From Minisyncoccia bacterium (GTDB lineage Bacteria > Patescibacteriota > Minisyncoccia > Phycocordibacterales > UBA918), in assembly GCA_041736805.1 (NCBI GenBank), contig JBGSSW010000016.1, positions 130,526 to 194,525 on the forward strand: DNA of 64,000 bases, given 5' to 3'. Shown piece after piece: positions 1 through 9,871 of the stretch. The notes below the pieces were generated by a model. That model was given only the letters and a program-made list of their open reading frames with translations, was not told the DNA's origin and did not search any database. Position numbers and translations under genes: made by a program. Position 1 is the first letter of the stretch, and each line of letters starts with the position of its first letter.

Positions 1-623
1 CACCTGACCACTTTGATTAAACAAAGGAAACATGATGCGGTTACGAAACACATCATACGAGTCTTTACCTTTATCACTAGGTTTAATTAAGCCGGCCTTA
101 AACAACTCAGCTTCCGTAAAGCCTTTTTTTATTAAGTGTTCTTTGACTACTCCCCAACCAGAAATCGGTGGACCGGGAGCAAAACCAATTCGCCAAGAAC
201 CAATTGTCGCTGCTAACACCCCACGTTTTTCAATGTATGTTTTTGCCTCGACCGCAAAAGGCAGGCAAGACTCATAAAACTTGGTCGCTTCTTCCATGAT
301 TAAAAACAATCTATCTCTTTCGGTCTTTCTCTGTGGTGAAACTGGAGTTAACTCAATATTGGCTTTATCAGCCAATATCTTTAACGCCCCCTTAAAATCA
401 ACCCCTTCAATCGCTTCGACAAAAGTAAACATGTCCCCACCAACCCCACAACCATAACAATGGTACATGCCGCGTTCTGGAGAAACATTGAATGAAGGAG
501 TTTTTTCACTATGAAATGGACACCTGGCTTTCATGTTTCGACCAGCCTTTTGCAACTCCACATAAGGAGCAATCACGTCGATAATATTCAGTCGGTCTTT
601 TATTTGCTGTACAGCATCATTCA
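1..623 (-). CDS. dnaG: DNA primase DnaG, N-terminal part. The gene continues beyond the window start (3' part missing).
   Basis: Reverse-strand translation from ATG at 623: MNDAVQQIKDRLNIIDVIAPYVELQKAGRNMKARCPFHSEKTPSFNVSPERGMYHCYGCGVGGD... This matches the DnaG zinc-ribbon (CPFH..KTPSF..YHCFGCG) and the start of the TOPRIM region. There is no stop before position 1. Confidence 0.85.
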
Positions 624-733
624 TAAATAAGTCTGATTATTATACTCGAAAACTCTGTGCCTTGCCCAAAATATTGCTTTTTGGTTATTTTTATGCTATA
701 ATGAAAATAGTACAACTGCTGAGGAGATGGAAA

Positions 734-937
734 ATGTTTGAACAGATTTTGCCTTGGTTGGTTCTCTGCCTCATCCTTGGGGCCATTGCCGCTCCAGTAG
801 CCTGGGTTGCCTACGCCAACGAAGGAGCCCCGAATTGGCACTGGAAAATTCTTCCTGCGGTGGCTTGTTTTTTCACTGGCCCAATCGGCCTGTATTTCGC
901 GGTCTGGCTAATCTGGGGCCAAATCAAAAAACGCTGA
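734..937 (+). CDS. Small hydrophobic membrane protein (67 aa, two predicted TM helices), hypothetical.
   Basis: ATG at 734 preceded by a GGAG Shine-Dalgarno (gaggagatggaaaATG). The translation MFEQILPWLVLCLILGAIAAPVAWVAY...FTGPIGLYFAVWLIWGQIKKR is strongly hydrophobic. A terminator follows. Confidence 0.5.
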   Translation: MFEQILPWLVLCLILGAIAAPVAWVAYANEGAPNWHWKILPAVACFFTGPIGLYFAVWLIWGQIKKR

Positions 938-940
938 ATT

Positions 941-984
941 CCCCGACAACCTCGCGTTGTCGGGGTTTGTCTTTTTAAATTTTT
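941..984 (+). terminator. Rho-independent terminator after the small membrane protein gene.
   Basis: Stem ccccgacaac / gttgtcgggg around a 6-nt loop, followed by tttgtctttttaaattttt. Confidence 0.6.
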
Positions 985-1002
985 AGACTTTCACATTGAG
1001 AA

Positions 1003-1080
1003 AACCCACCCCTAACTATTTGCAAGTATCCGCAGCGACAATGTCAGAAGCGAGGACTACCGAACAAATAGTTAGGGGTG
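1003..1080. repeat. Free-standing long hairpin: an 18-bp perfect inverted repeat flanking a 41-nt loop.
   Basis: cccacccctaactatttg ... caaatagttaggggtgg. It sits between the terminators of two convergent genes. Confidence 0.45.
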
Positions 1081-1103
1081 GATTTTAAATCTATTAATCA
1101 TAG

Positions 1104-1150
1104 TATCGATTGTGATATTAATACCATAATCGATTGTGGTATTAATACTA
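1104..1150. repeat. Tandem direct repeat (2 x about 22 bp) with an internal 12-bp palindrome ggtattaatacc.
   Basis: atcgattgtgatattaatacc followed by atcgattgtggtattaatact, seen directly in the sequence. Confidence 0.5.
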
Positions 1151-1182
1151 TTATTCTTTTTTTGAGACTAGATCGCCAAAAA

Positions 1183-1216
1183 CAAAAAGCGACACCTAGG
1201 TGCCGCTTTTTGTTTT
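1183..1216 (-). terminator. Terminator of rpoC (bidirectional hairpin with U-tracts on both sides).
   Basis: aaaaagcgacacctaggtgccgctttttgtttt. The minus-strand reading is a GC hairpin followed by tttttgttttt. Confidence 0.6.
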
Positions 1217-1232
1217 CCTCCCTCTTCATTGT

Positions 1233-4200
1233 TTATTGCCCTCTCTGCATCTCCTCAATCATCTGGAACTTCTTACTTCCCTTAAAGCCTGAGCCTGCTG
1301 GGATTAGTTTTCCGATAATAACGTTTTCCATTAGACCAGCCAAGTTGTCTTGACTGCCCTTTACAGCGGCGTTAATCAAAACTCGAGTAGTGTTTTGGAA
1401 TGAAGCGGCTGAAAGGAAACTCTTACGTGAAAGTGAGGTTTCAGTAATACCTAAGATAAGTCTATCAGCTTTAGCTACTTCATTACCGGCTTCCTTGAGC
1501 TTATTGTTAGTTTCAACAAATATCCATTCTTCTACCACTTCACCAACAGTAAAGTGACTTCCTCCAGAATTAGTAATCTTCACTCGTGACATCATCTGCT
1601 TCACAATTAATTCAATATGCTTACGAGCGATAGTTACACCCTGTAGTTCATAGATCTTGTTTACTTCAGAAATGATGTAGTCTTGAGTCACTTCTTGTCC
1701 TCCGTACTTGAATAGTTCTGGCAATAAAGCTGAACCATCAGTAAGCAGTTGTCCTTGTTTTACAGTCTCACCCTTAAACACAGCTACGACACGACGATAA
1801 TTCACTTCGTATTCAATATTATCTTTTTTCTTTGGTGCGCCCTTAACTGTCATGTCTGGAGCAACTACAATCACCTTCTCTCGTCCTTCAGTTCTAATGT
1901 CTACCACGATACCTTCTGCCTTAGAGACCACAGCTGGTATCTTTGGTTGTCTCTTTTCAAACACTTCTTCTACACGCGGCAAACCAGAAGTTACGTCTCC
2001 TCCTACTGAAGCAGCTCCTCCGGCATGCTTAGTGTTCATAGTAAGCTGTGTTCCTGGTTCTCCAATCGCTTGAGCAGCAACTGTACCAACCGCTTCTCCA
2101 ATATCCACTAATTTGTTGCTAGATAGGTCAACACCATAACATTGCTGGCAAACACCACGCAGAGTCTTACAAGTCATTGGTGAACGAACCACGACCGATT
2201 CAGTAGTTGATTCTTCAACTGTAATTGCGTCTAAACGAGTTAGTAAGTGGCCTTTAGGGAATATTACTCGTCCTTTGGTGTCAGTAGCGTCCTCAGTGAG
2301 AATACGACCCTTGATAGCCTTTGAGAAGGCAATCTCGATACCAGAAGCGGAGATACGTCCAATTCTTATACCAAGTTTAGTCTTACAGTCTTCTTCGGTC
2401 ACAATCGCATCTTGGGCTACTACGAAGAGACGACGAGTTAGGTACCCGGCTTTAGCGGTCTGGAGAGCCGTGTCAGCTAGTCCTTTTCGAGAACCGTGTG
2501 TAGTGATGAAATACTCAATTGGTGTCATACCTTCCTTCATAGAAGAAAGTACCGGGAACTCAATGGTTTCACCACGAGTATTTACAATCAAACCTTTCAT
2601 ACCAGCCATCTGTGCAATCTGTCCTAGTGAACCTCGAGCCCCAGACTTCCACATTTCATAAGCCGAACCATTCTCATCTAGTGTCTCGGGAAGAACTTTT
2701 TCAATGGCAGTTTTAGCTCGGTGCCAAACTTCTACAATCATTCGACGTCGCTCGTCTCGAGAGATAAGTCCTTCGTCAAAAGCCTCAAAGATTCCCCGCT
2801 CTTCTCCACGAGCTTTTTCAAGAATCGCTCCTTTTTCTTTTGGTACTTTTACTTCATCAATTCCCCAAGTAGTTCCGGACAAAGTTGCGTACTTCAAACC
2901 TAGCTTCTTTAGCTTGTCTACAATTGGTGGTACGGCTTCTGGTCCCCGCGCATCGATAATGTCGATAATAACAGCAAAGATAGTTCTTTGCACAATGACA
3001 TCATTAATAAAATCATGGTCAGAAGGTAAGACACTGTTGAAAATAAGTCGTCCGACAGAAGTTTCAAAAATTTTACCTTTGTATTGTGAATACTTTTCTG
3101 TATCAGTAGCCAACACCTTCACCATGGCTCGGAAATCAATCACTCCGTAGTCATAGGCATTGATAGCGTCATTTGGTGAAGAGAAGTACTTTCCTTCTCC
3201 CTTTGCACCTGGAATAACCTTGGTCATCCAGTAAGCACCAAGAGCCATATCCAGAAGCTTTTCAGAAACTACCGGTTCAGCCGAACCAGGCTTTAGAATG
3301 TTTTTGTTGGCCGAGATAATTTCTCTTGCTTCTGTTTGAGCCTCATCAGAAAGTGGTACGTGAACAGCCATCTGGTCACCGTCAAAGTCAGCGTTAAAAG
3401 CGCGACAAACTAGCGGGTGAACTTGGATTGCGTTACCTTCAATTAGAACTGGTCTAAAAGCCTGAATACCTTGTCTGTGCAATGTTGGAGCCCGATTTAG
3501 AAGTACGTGCTTATGTTTAATGATATTTTCCAAAATCGCCCACACCTCAGGTACACCATCCTCAATCAGACGGCCAGCTCCTCGAATGTTGTAGGCTAAT
3601 TCTTGCTTTAAGAGTTGTGCGATAACAAATGGTCGGAAGAGTTCTAGAGCCATGTGCTTAGGTAGACCACATTGATCAAGAGCTAACTCCGGACCAATCA
3701 CAATTACAGAACGTCCAGAGTAGTCAACCCGCTTACCAAGTAAGTTTTGTCGGAAATAACCTTGCTTACTCTTGAGGTAATCAGAAAGTGACTTTAAAGG
3801 TCGTCGTTGTGCTTGGCTCATGGCTGAGTAAGCTCCACCACCGTGACGAATAGAATTATCAATCAGTGCATCTACTGCTTCTTGCAGAATACGCTTCTCG
3901 TTTCGCAAGATTACATCAGGCGCCATGATATCAATCAACTTCTTTAGTCGATTGTTACGATTGATTACTCGACGGTAAAGGTCATTTAAATCTGAAGAAG
4001 CATGTCGTCCCCCTTCTAGAGCTACCATTGGCCGAATCGCTGGTGGGATAACAGGAATACGAGTCAGGAACATCCATTCTGGCCGGACTCCAGCATTAGT
4101 CATACCCCTAATCAAAGAGAGGCGCTTGTCTAACTTAGCTCGCTCCATGGCCCCAGCTGTCTCTCTTTCTTTTTCCAGTCGCTTGACCAACTCAGTTAGA

Positions 4201-4904
4201 TTAACTTGTTTAAATAAATCAAAGATTGCTTCAGCCCCTATCCGGGCTTCAAAAAGCGTACTGTACTTAATTGAAAAACGGTGGAAACTAGCTTCATCAA
4301 GTACCACGCCAGGAGCAATGCTTTCGATTTCTTTCTTCATTTCATCGGCTCTAGTTTTTAGAGCGTCTTTAGCATCTTCATTTTGAAGAGCTTTTAGTTT
4401 AGTTTTGAACTCTGTATCAAGTTCACGTAGTAGTCTAGTTCTATCCTCTTCACTTACTTTTGTAACGATATAACCAGCAAAATAAATTACTTTCTCCACT
4501 GAAGCAGCGGTGATACCAAGAATCATGGCAATTCGACTTGGTACACCACGCAAAAACCAAATGTGAGAAACTGGAATACAAAGATCGATGTGCCCCATTC
4601 GTTCACGACGGACAATAGCGCGAGTTACTTCAACTCCACACTTTTCACAGACGATACCCTTGTATCTAATACCACGGTATTTCTTGCAAGAACACTCGTA
4701 GTCCTCAACCGGACCAAAGATTCTTTCGTCGAAGAGCCCGTGCTTTTCTGGCCGTTGGGTTCGGTAGTTGATTGTTTCTGGTTTTGTCACTTCTCCATGT
4801 GACCATTCGAGAATAGTGTCAGGTGAAGCCAACTTAAGACTAATTTCAGTGAAATTAGGTGTTGACGGAGTATGCTTGGTGAATGTTTGTTGTGTTGTAG
4901 ACAT
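1233..4904 (-). CDS. rpoC: DNA-directed RNA polymerase subunit beta' (1223 aa).
   Basis: The ORF translation carries hallmark beta' motifs: the zinc-binding CxxC..CxxC near the N-terminus, NADFDGD (catalytic Mg site), and the trigger loop / bridge helix region. It lies 11 nt downstream of rpoB. Confidence 0.97.
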   Translation of the reverse strand: MSTTQQTFTKHTPSTPNFTEISLKLASPDTILEWSHGEVTKPETINYRTQRPEKHGLFDERIFGPVEDYECSCKKYRGIRYKGIVCEKCGVEVTRAIVRRERMGHIDLCIPVSHIWFLRGVPSRIAMILGITAASVEKVIYFAGYIVTKVSEEDRTRLLRELDTEFKTKLKALQNEDAKDALKTRADEMKKEIESIAPGVVLDEASFHRFSIKYSTLFEARIGAEAIFDLFKQVNLTELVKRLEKERETAGAMERAKLDKRLSLIRGMTNAGVRPEWMFLTRIPVIPPAIRPMVALEGGRHASSDLNDLYRRVINRNNRLKKLIDIMAPDVILRNEKRILQEAVDALIDNSIRHGGGAYSAMSQAQRRPLKSLSDYLKSKQGYFRQNLLGKRVDYSGRSVIVIGPELALDQCGLPKHMALELFRPFVIAQLLKQELAYNIRGAGRLIEDGVPEVWAILENIIKHKHVLLNRAPTLHRQGIQAFRPVLIEGNAIQVHPLVCRAFNADFDGDQMAVHVPLSDEAQTEAREIISANKNILKPGSAEPVVSEKLLDMALGAYWMTKVIPGAKGEGKYFSSPNDAINAYDYGVIDFRAMVKVLATDTEKYSQYKGKIFETSVGRLIFNSVLPSDHDFINDVIVQRTIFAVIIDIIDARGPEAVPPIVDKLKKLGLKYATLSGTTWGIDEVKVPKEKGAILEKARGEERGIFEAFDEGLISRDERRRMIVEVWHRAKTAIEKVLPETLDENGSAYEMWKSGARGSLGQIAQMAGMKGLIVNTRGETIEFPVLSSMKEGMTPIEYFITTHGSRKGLADTALQTAKAGYLTRRLFVVAQDAIVTEEDCKTKLGIRIGRISASGIEIAFSKAIKGRILTEDATDTKGRVIFPKGHLLTRLDAITVEESTTESVVVRSPMTCKTLRGVCQQCYGVDLSSNKLVDIGEAVGTVAAQAIGEPGTQLTMNTKHAGGAASVGGDVTSGLPRVEEVFEKRQPKIPAVVSKAEGIVVDIRTEGREKVIVVAPDMTVKGAPKKKDNIEYEVNYRRVVAVFKGETVKQGQLLTDGSALLPELFKYGGQEVTQDYIISEVNKIYELQGVTIARKHIELIVKQMMSRVKITNSGGSHFTVGEVVEEWIFVETNNKLKEAGNEVAKADRLILGITETSLSRKSFLSAASFQNTTRVLINAAVKGSQDNLAGLMENVIIGKLIPAGSGFKGSKKFQMIEEMQRGQ

Positions 4905-4915
4905 AGATAATTTAA

Positions 4916-7900
4916 TTATGCAGACTCATAATCACGTCTTGGTCGCTCTTCTCTGGTTAACTTCACGTCTAGTGAGAGACCTCGTAATTGATTCACCAAA
5001 ACATTAAAAGCCGCTGGTGTATGTGGGTGGCTAATCTTTTCTCCTCGAACAATGGCGTCAAAGGCAGCCGAGCGTCCGACAATATCGTCTGACTTGATAG
5101 TAAGCATTTCGCGCAAGGTGTAGGCAGCTCCATATCCAAGGAGAGCCCAAACTTCCATTTCTCCAAATCTCTGTCCTCCAACCTGAGCTTTACCGCCGAG
5201 TGGCTGTTGAGTAATAAGAGAGTACGGCCCAATCGAACGCATGTGAATCTTGTCTTCCACCATGTGGTGAAGCTTAAGAATATACATATATCCAACCGCA
5301 GTCTTCTGAGAAAACTGCTCTCCGGTCTGTCCATCGCGAAGCTGAATCTTTCCATCTTCTGGTAGACCAGCCGCTTTTAGTTCAGCCTTAACGTGGTTTT
5401 CAGTCGCTCCGGCAAATGGAGGCACAATCGCTTGGTAGCCAAGTGTATTAGCAGCCATACCAAGGTGAAGTTCAAGAATCTGACCTAGGTTCATACGAGA
5501 AGGTACACCAAGTGGTGTTAGGAGAACGTCAATTGGACGTCCGTCTTCTGTATATGGCATATCTTCTTCTGGAAGAATTCGAGAAATAACTCCCTTGTTT
5601 CCATGTCGTCCAGCCAGCTTATCGCCGACTGAGACATTTCGTACTTGAGCAATTGTGATATGAATTCGCTTGATGACTCCACTTTCTAGTTGGTCTCCGT
5701 TTTCACGTGAGAAGATTTTAACTCCAATGATACGTCCACGCTTTCCGGCTTCTAGTCGCAAAGAAGTATCTTTTACATCCTTGGCCTTTTCACCAAAGAT
5801 AGAACGAAGCAGTCTCTCTTCTGGAGTTAATTGGGTTTCACCTTTTGGTGTTACCTTTCCTACCAAAATGTCGCCTGGTCGTACTTCAGCACCGATTCGA
5901 ATAATTCCGTTTTCATCCAAGTTACGAAGTTTTAATTCTGAAACGTTTGGAATATCAGAAGAAGTTACCTCTGGTCCTAGTTTAGTGTCTCTTACTGAAA
6001 CCTCTAGCTCATCAAGGTGAACGGTTGAGAACTTACTTTGCTTTACTAGTCTTTCTGAAATAACAATCGCGTCTTCATAGTTTGCACCATTCCAGCTCAT
6101 AAAAGCCACGAGAGCATTTTGCCCAACCGCAATCTGACCATTATCTGTTGACGACGTGTCTGCTAGCAAATCACCGCGCTTAACGTGTTGTCCTAGATTA
6201 ACTGAAGGACGGTGATAAAAAGCAGAAAAATCGTTGGTTCTTTGGAAGGTGGTTAGTGTATAATCCTTCTTCTTTCCTTCCTTATTTTTAATGACAATTT
6301 TTCTAGCATCACACTCAACCACTTCTCCAGCCTCATCGGCGTAGATTACTCGTCCTGTGTCGCGAGCCACCATTCCTTCAACTCCAGTTGCTACCAAAGG
6401 TGCCTCTTGAACTAGACAAGGAGTAGCTTGTTTCTGCATGTTACTACCCATTAAAGTACGGTTGGCGTCGTCGTGATTCATGAATGGAATCATTGAAGTA
6501 GCCACTGAGAATGGCTGATTAGTAGCTACATCCATGTATTCAACATCCTTACGTGGAATTACTCGTGGGTCTCCCTTCTTTCGTGCCTCAACGAAGTCAC
6601 TCTTAATTTTGCCATTATTATCAAGTTCAACCGCTGCGTGAGCGATATTATACTTCTCTTCTTCGTGAGCATTGAAATAGACGATTTCATTTGTCACCAC
6701 TCCTTTTTCTACCTTGGCGTATGGAGTCTCGATGATTCCAAAACGGTTGACGCGAGAATACATTGAAAGACGTAAAATCAAACCAATGTTTGGTCCTTCT
6801 GGAGTATGAATTGGACAAAGTCGGCCGTAGTGCGATGGATGGATGTCACGCACTTCAAAAGAAGCTCGTTCACGAGTTAGTCCACCCGGCCCAAGCGCAG
6901 ATAACGTTCGTAAATGTTCAATCTCAGCCAAGATGTTTTGTTGTTGGGAGAATTGTGAGAGTTGGTTGGTACTGAAAAATTCCTTAACCGCCGCCTGTAG
7001 AGGCCTTGGGTTAATGATTTGCATTGGTAAACTGGTCTCCGCTTCAATCGTAGACATTCTATCTTGAATGTTTCTCTTCATTCGAGTCATACCGACTCGC
7101 ACTCGTTGTTGTAGCATTTCACCAAAGTAACGAACGCGACGGAAACCTAGGTGGTCGATATCGTCAGCCAAAGCTCCTGGTTCATGATTTTGAGTAACAA
7201 TATGTGTCAAAATAAGTCTGACGTCTTCAGTTGAAATAGTTCTTTCATCAGTGGCTTTTTTATCAATTGGGCGACCAAAGCGTTCATTAAAGTGATGACG
7301 TCCGATTTCTGAAAGGTCATATCGCTCAGGGGCAAAAATAGACTTAACGAATTCACGAGCGTTGTCGACAGTCGCCAAGTCACCATCTCTTAGTCGCTTA
7401 TAGATTTCGATATATGATTCTTCCGTCGTCTTAGCTGGGTCCTTGGCAATAGTGGCCTTCATGTATTCTTCACCACGCGGAACTCCCTTCATTAATTCAA
7501 TCATTTCCTTTTCTTTCTCAAGACCGAGGACGCGTAGTAGTGAAGAGATTGGAAATTTCTTCTTACGGTCAATTTTTACATAAATGACACCATCAGCTTC
7601 AGATTCAATTTCTACCCAAGCACCACGAGCTGGAATTATCTTGGCACCAAAAAGCTGCTTCCCTTTTGATTCGGTTTGGGTGAAAAAGATACCATATGAA
7701 CGAGCCAGTTGAGGCACAATCACTCGCTCGACACCATTAATGATGAAGGTTCCTTGTTTGGTCATTACTGGTAGGTCGGTCATGAAAATCTCCTGATCTT
7801 TTTCAGATTCAAAAGTTTTATTCTTTAGGACAACATGGGCTCGAAGCGGAGCCTCATAAGTAAGTTTGTTTTCTTTAGCAAATTCTGGAGTAGTCTTAGG

Positions 7901-8134
7901 TGAACCAAGTTCGTATTTTTTGAACTTTAATTCAAACTTCTTTTCAGAATAGTCACTGATTGGTGAAAATTCAGTAAAAATTTCTTTCAAAGCTGTCTCG
8001 ATAAACCAACGATATGACTCGTGTTGTGGTTCAATCAAATCAGGTAATGGGATTCTTGGCTGAGGACTGACCTCAAAACGTTTCTGTGGCAAATTACCAA
8101 CAGAGACAGTACGATCTTTTTGTGTTACTTCCAT
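4916..8134 (-). CDS. rpoB: DNA-directed RNA polymerase subunit beta (compact 1072-aa form).
   Basis: The translation MEVTQKDRTVSVGNLPQKRFEVSPQPRIPLPDLIEPQHESYRWFIE... plus conserved beta blocks (GEMEVWALLGYGAAYTLREMLTIKSDD near the C-terminus). Confidence 0.97.
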   Translation of the reverse strand: MEVTQKDRTVSVGNLPQKRFEVSPQPRIPLPDLIEPQHESYRWFIETALKEIFTEFSPISDYSEKKFELKFKKYELGSPKTTPEFAKENKLTYEAPLRAHVVLKNKTFESEKDQEIFMTDLPVMTKQGTFIINGVERVIVPQLARSYGIFFTQTESKGKQLFGAKIIPARGAWVEIESEADGVIYVKIDRKKKFPISSLLRVLGLEKEKEMIELMKGVPRGEEYMKATIAKDPAKTTEESYIEIYKRLRDGDLATVDNAREFVKSIFAPERYDLSEIGRHHFNERFGRPIDKKATDERTISTEDVRLILTHIVTQNHEPGALADDIDHLGFRRVRYFGEMLQQRVRVGMTRMKRNIQDRMSTIEAETSLPMQIINPRPLQAAVKEFFSTNQLSQFSQQQNILAEIEHLRTLSALGPGGLTRERASFEVRDIHPSHYGRLCPIHTPEGPNIGLILRLSMYSRVNRFGIIETPYAKVEKGVVTNEIVYFNAHEEEKYNIAHAAVELDNNGKIKSDFVEARKKGDPRVIPRKDVEYMDVATNQPFSVATSMIPFMNHDDANRTLMGSNMQKQATPCLVQEAPLVATGVEGMVARDTGRVIYADEAGEVVECDARKIVIKNKEGKKKDYTLTTFQRTNDFSAFYHRPSVNLGQHVKRGDLLADTSSTDNGQIAVGQNALVAFMSWNGANYEDAIVISERLVKQSKFSTVHLDELEVSVRDTKLGPEVTSSDIPNVSELKLRNLDENGIIRIGAEVRPGDILVGKVTPKGETQLTPEERLLRSIFGEKAKDVKDTSLRLEAGKRGRIIGVKIFSRENGDQLESGVIKRIHITIAQVRNVSVGDKLAGRHGNKGVISRILPEEDMPYTEDGRPIDVLLTPLGVPSRMNLGQILELHLGMAANTLGYQAIVPPFAGATENHVKAELKAAGLPEDGKIQLRDGQTGEQFSQKTAVGYMYILKLHHMVEDKIHMRSIGPYSLITQQPLGGKAQVGGQRFGEMEVWALLGYGAAYTLREMLTIKSDDIVGRSAAFDAIVRGEKISHPHTPAAFNVLVNQLRGLSLDVKLTREERPRRDYESA

Positions 8135-8295
8135 AAAACACTAAATGATTATTACCCCAAACAAATAACAACACAAAAGCACTTTTGGTGCTTTAATTCC
8201 CTATTTGTTTATTTTATTAATATCGACATCACGTTCTTTGACTGCGCGACACGAAATCATCTCCCAACCATAACTCACCCGAGACCTCTTTGCGT

Positions 8296-8335
8296 ATGTG
8301 GGGGGATTATAGCAAAACTACCGAAATGTGCAAGC
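8296..8335 (-). promoter_or_regulatory. Candidate sigma70-type promoter for rpoBC.
   Basis: The minus strand reads TTGCAC-16 nt-TATAAT (plus-strand gtgcaa at 8328-8333 and attata at 8306-8311), about 165 nt upstream of the rpoB start. Confidence 0.3.
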
Positions 8336-8391
8336 CTAGACTCTTGAAAAGACTTTTGTCTAGTTGACACATTAACGTTAGCTATATGTAA

Positions 8392-8727
8392 TTAAAGTCC
8401 TAGTTGCAACCTCATGGTATTTTCTACTAACTGCAGGTCATTGGTAGACAAATCAGAAATTCGCTTAGTTAGACGTACCAAACTCACCGTCCGCACCTGA
8501 TCAGCCATCGCTTTACCAATCTGACTTTTTACTGTTACTAAACACTCGCTGGGGTATGCATTGGTAATATTTGAAGTAAGAGGTATTACCTGGACCCGAT
8601 CAAGATGCTTGTTGGAGATATTATTACTTACAACAATCGCCGGTCGGTGCTTTTTTGACTCACTACCCAAAGCTAGATCAAGGTCCACCCACCAGACTGA
8701 ACCGCGTTTGGGTTTTAAAACCGCCAT
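8392..8727 (-). CDS. mazF: MazF/PemK-family type II toxin (mRNA interferase), 111 aa.
   Basis: PKRGSVWWVDLDLALGSESKKHRPAIVVSN..VQVIPLTSN...SQIGKAMADQVRTVSLVRL matches the MazF/PemK fold signature (P.RG.I..V.F.P..G.E..K.RP.lVvS ... v.PlTs ... adQ.R.v). Its start overlaps the upstream small gene by 13 nt. Confidence 0.8.
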   Translation of the reverse strand: MAVLKPKRGSVWWVDLDLALGSESKKHRPAIVVSNNISNKHLDRVQVIPLTSNITNAYPSECLVTVKSQIGKAMADQVRTVSLVRLTKRISDLSTNDLQLVENTMRLQLGL

Positions 8728-8969
8728 GTATTTTCTTCAGTTATCGCAACTTCACCAGCACCACTAAGCCACTCCGTTCTTTCGCAGACCTGAGATATAT
8801 CTTTTGCCATAGATTTGTAACCGGCTTCAATATCATCAATGATCACATATGGCTTGGCCAGCTGACTCAAATAGGCACCGACCCCACGATCACCCACAAG
8901 TGTTCGTAACCCAGAATAGACTCTTTCATCAAGCATTAGGGTTACTTTCTTTTTTGTACCTGTTTTCAT
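8715..8969 (-). CDS. Cognate antitoxin (small DNA-binding protein, possibly ribbon-helix-helix or MazE-like), 84 aa.
   Basis: It sits immediately upstream of and overlaps the toxin gene (the typical TA arrangement). The N-terminus KKKVTLMLDERVYSGL resembles an RHH antitoxin, and palindromic operators overlap its promoter. Confidence 0.55.
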   Translation of the reverse strand: MKTGTKKKVTLMLDERVYSGLRTLVGDRGVGAYLSQLAKPYVIIDDIEAGYKSMAKDISQVCERTEWLSGAGEVAITEENTWRF

Positions 8970-9007
8970 AATACGTATTATAATACGTATTATGAAAACT
9001 TGTCAAC
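8968..9007 (-). promoter_or_regulatory. Toxin-antitoxin promoter/operator: two overlapping 14-bp perfect palindromes (ATAATACGTATTAT x2) over the -10 element, with a TTGACA -35. The mRNA is probably leaderless.
   Basis: The minus strand reads TTGACA-17 nt-TTATAAT-acgtatt-ATG. The palindromes span 8968-8981 and 8980-8993. Confidence 0.5.
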
Positions 9008-9124
9008 TATACTTACACTCTGGGCAGGACAAGACTCTTTATACGGTTCTGAGTCCCTCCTATTTTCTTGTCTAGACGACAGCGAAAATTCCTCACTCTC
9101 GTTCGGACCAGAGGCAAAGCAAAA

Positions 9125-9808
9125 CTATTTGCTTTGCCTCCAAGCGTCAATTTCCTTGTGATTACCTTCTACCAGTACTTTTGGTACCGAATATATCTGT
9201 TTTTTGTATTTTAAAACCTCTGGTCTAGTATAGGTTTGCCCATTAGTTGGCCTTTCGTCTTCTAGTGACTCAAAAGTCCCAAGGACACCTGGAATTTGTC
9301 TAGAAACAGCATCGACAATCGTCAAAGCCGGTAGCTCCCCTCCGGTCAGGACATAGTCCCCGACCGAAACTTCCTCTGCTCCTAATATTTGCTGGACTCG
9401 AGCATCAATTCCTTCGTACCGTCCCGAAATCAGCACTAAGTGTTCATATTCTTTTGCCCAAGCTTTGGCAACTTCATTAGTAAAGACTGTCCCCCGAGGC
9501 GACATAATTAAAGTCTTTACTTTCCCCTTCTTAATTGAGGTGGTTTTCTTTCCGACGGCTTTTGACCAAGCTTTGAGAATTGGTTCTGCTAACATCACCA
9601 TACCTGGTCCACCACCATAAGGACGCTCATCAACCTTGCGATGCTTATCTGTTGAATAGTCTCGAGGGTTGTAATAAGAAACTTCAATTTTCCTCCCTCG
9701 CACTTTTGCTCCCTTCCCTTTATCAGTCTTTTGAGCCCGCCCCAAAATACTCCCATTTGTATAAGGTTCACACAACTCTGGAAACAAAGTGATGATATGA
9801 AAATGCAT
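9125..9808 (-). CDS. trmD: tRNA (guanine37-N1)-methyltransferase TrmD.
   Basis: MHFHIITLFPE... and ...RPYGGGPGMVM (the TrmD SPOUT knot motifs). It sits in the rpsP-KH-trmD neighbourhood. Confidence 0.9.
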   Translation of the reverse strand: MHFHIITLFPELCEPYTNGSILGRAQKTDKGKGAKVRGRKIEVSYYNPRDYSTDKHRKVDERPYGGGPGMVMLAEPILKAWSKAVGKKTTSIKKGKVKTLIMSPRGTVFTNEVAKAWAKEYEHLVLISGRYEGIDARVQQILGAEEVSVGDYVLTGGELPALTIVDAVSRQIPGVLGTFESLEDERPTNGQTYTRPEVLKYKKQIYSVPKVLVEGNHKEIDAWRQSK

Positions 9809-9871
9809 ATTTATATTAATTCAGAGCGTAGCTTCATCCACAACTTACCCATCTGATTTTCTCCAGTTCCA

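Noticed and set aside
1749-4802. Plus-strand ORFs of 60-148 aa inside rpoC (1749..2009, 1852..2073, 2275..2661, 2704..3150, 4126..4386, 4563..4802)
   Set aside because: All are antisense to the highly conserved rpoC reading frame. The proteins are low-complexity, with no RBS or terminator context. These are typical shadow ORFs.
5670-7067. Plus-strand ORFs inside rpoB, and the 120-aa minus-strand ORF 4993..5355
   Set aside because: These are antisense or alternative frames of rpoB with no independent support.
8561-8909. Plus-strand ORFs of 68 and 84 aa across the TA module
   Set aside because: They are antisense to the well-supported mazF/antitoxin frames.
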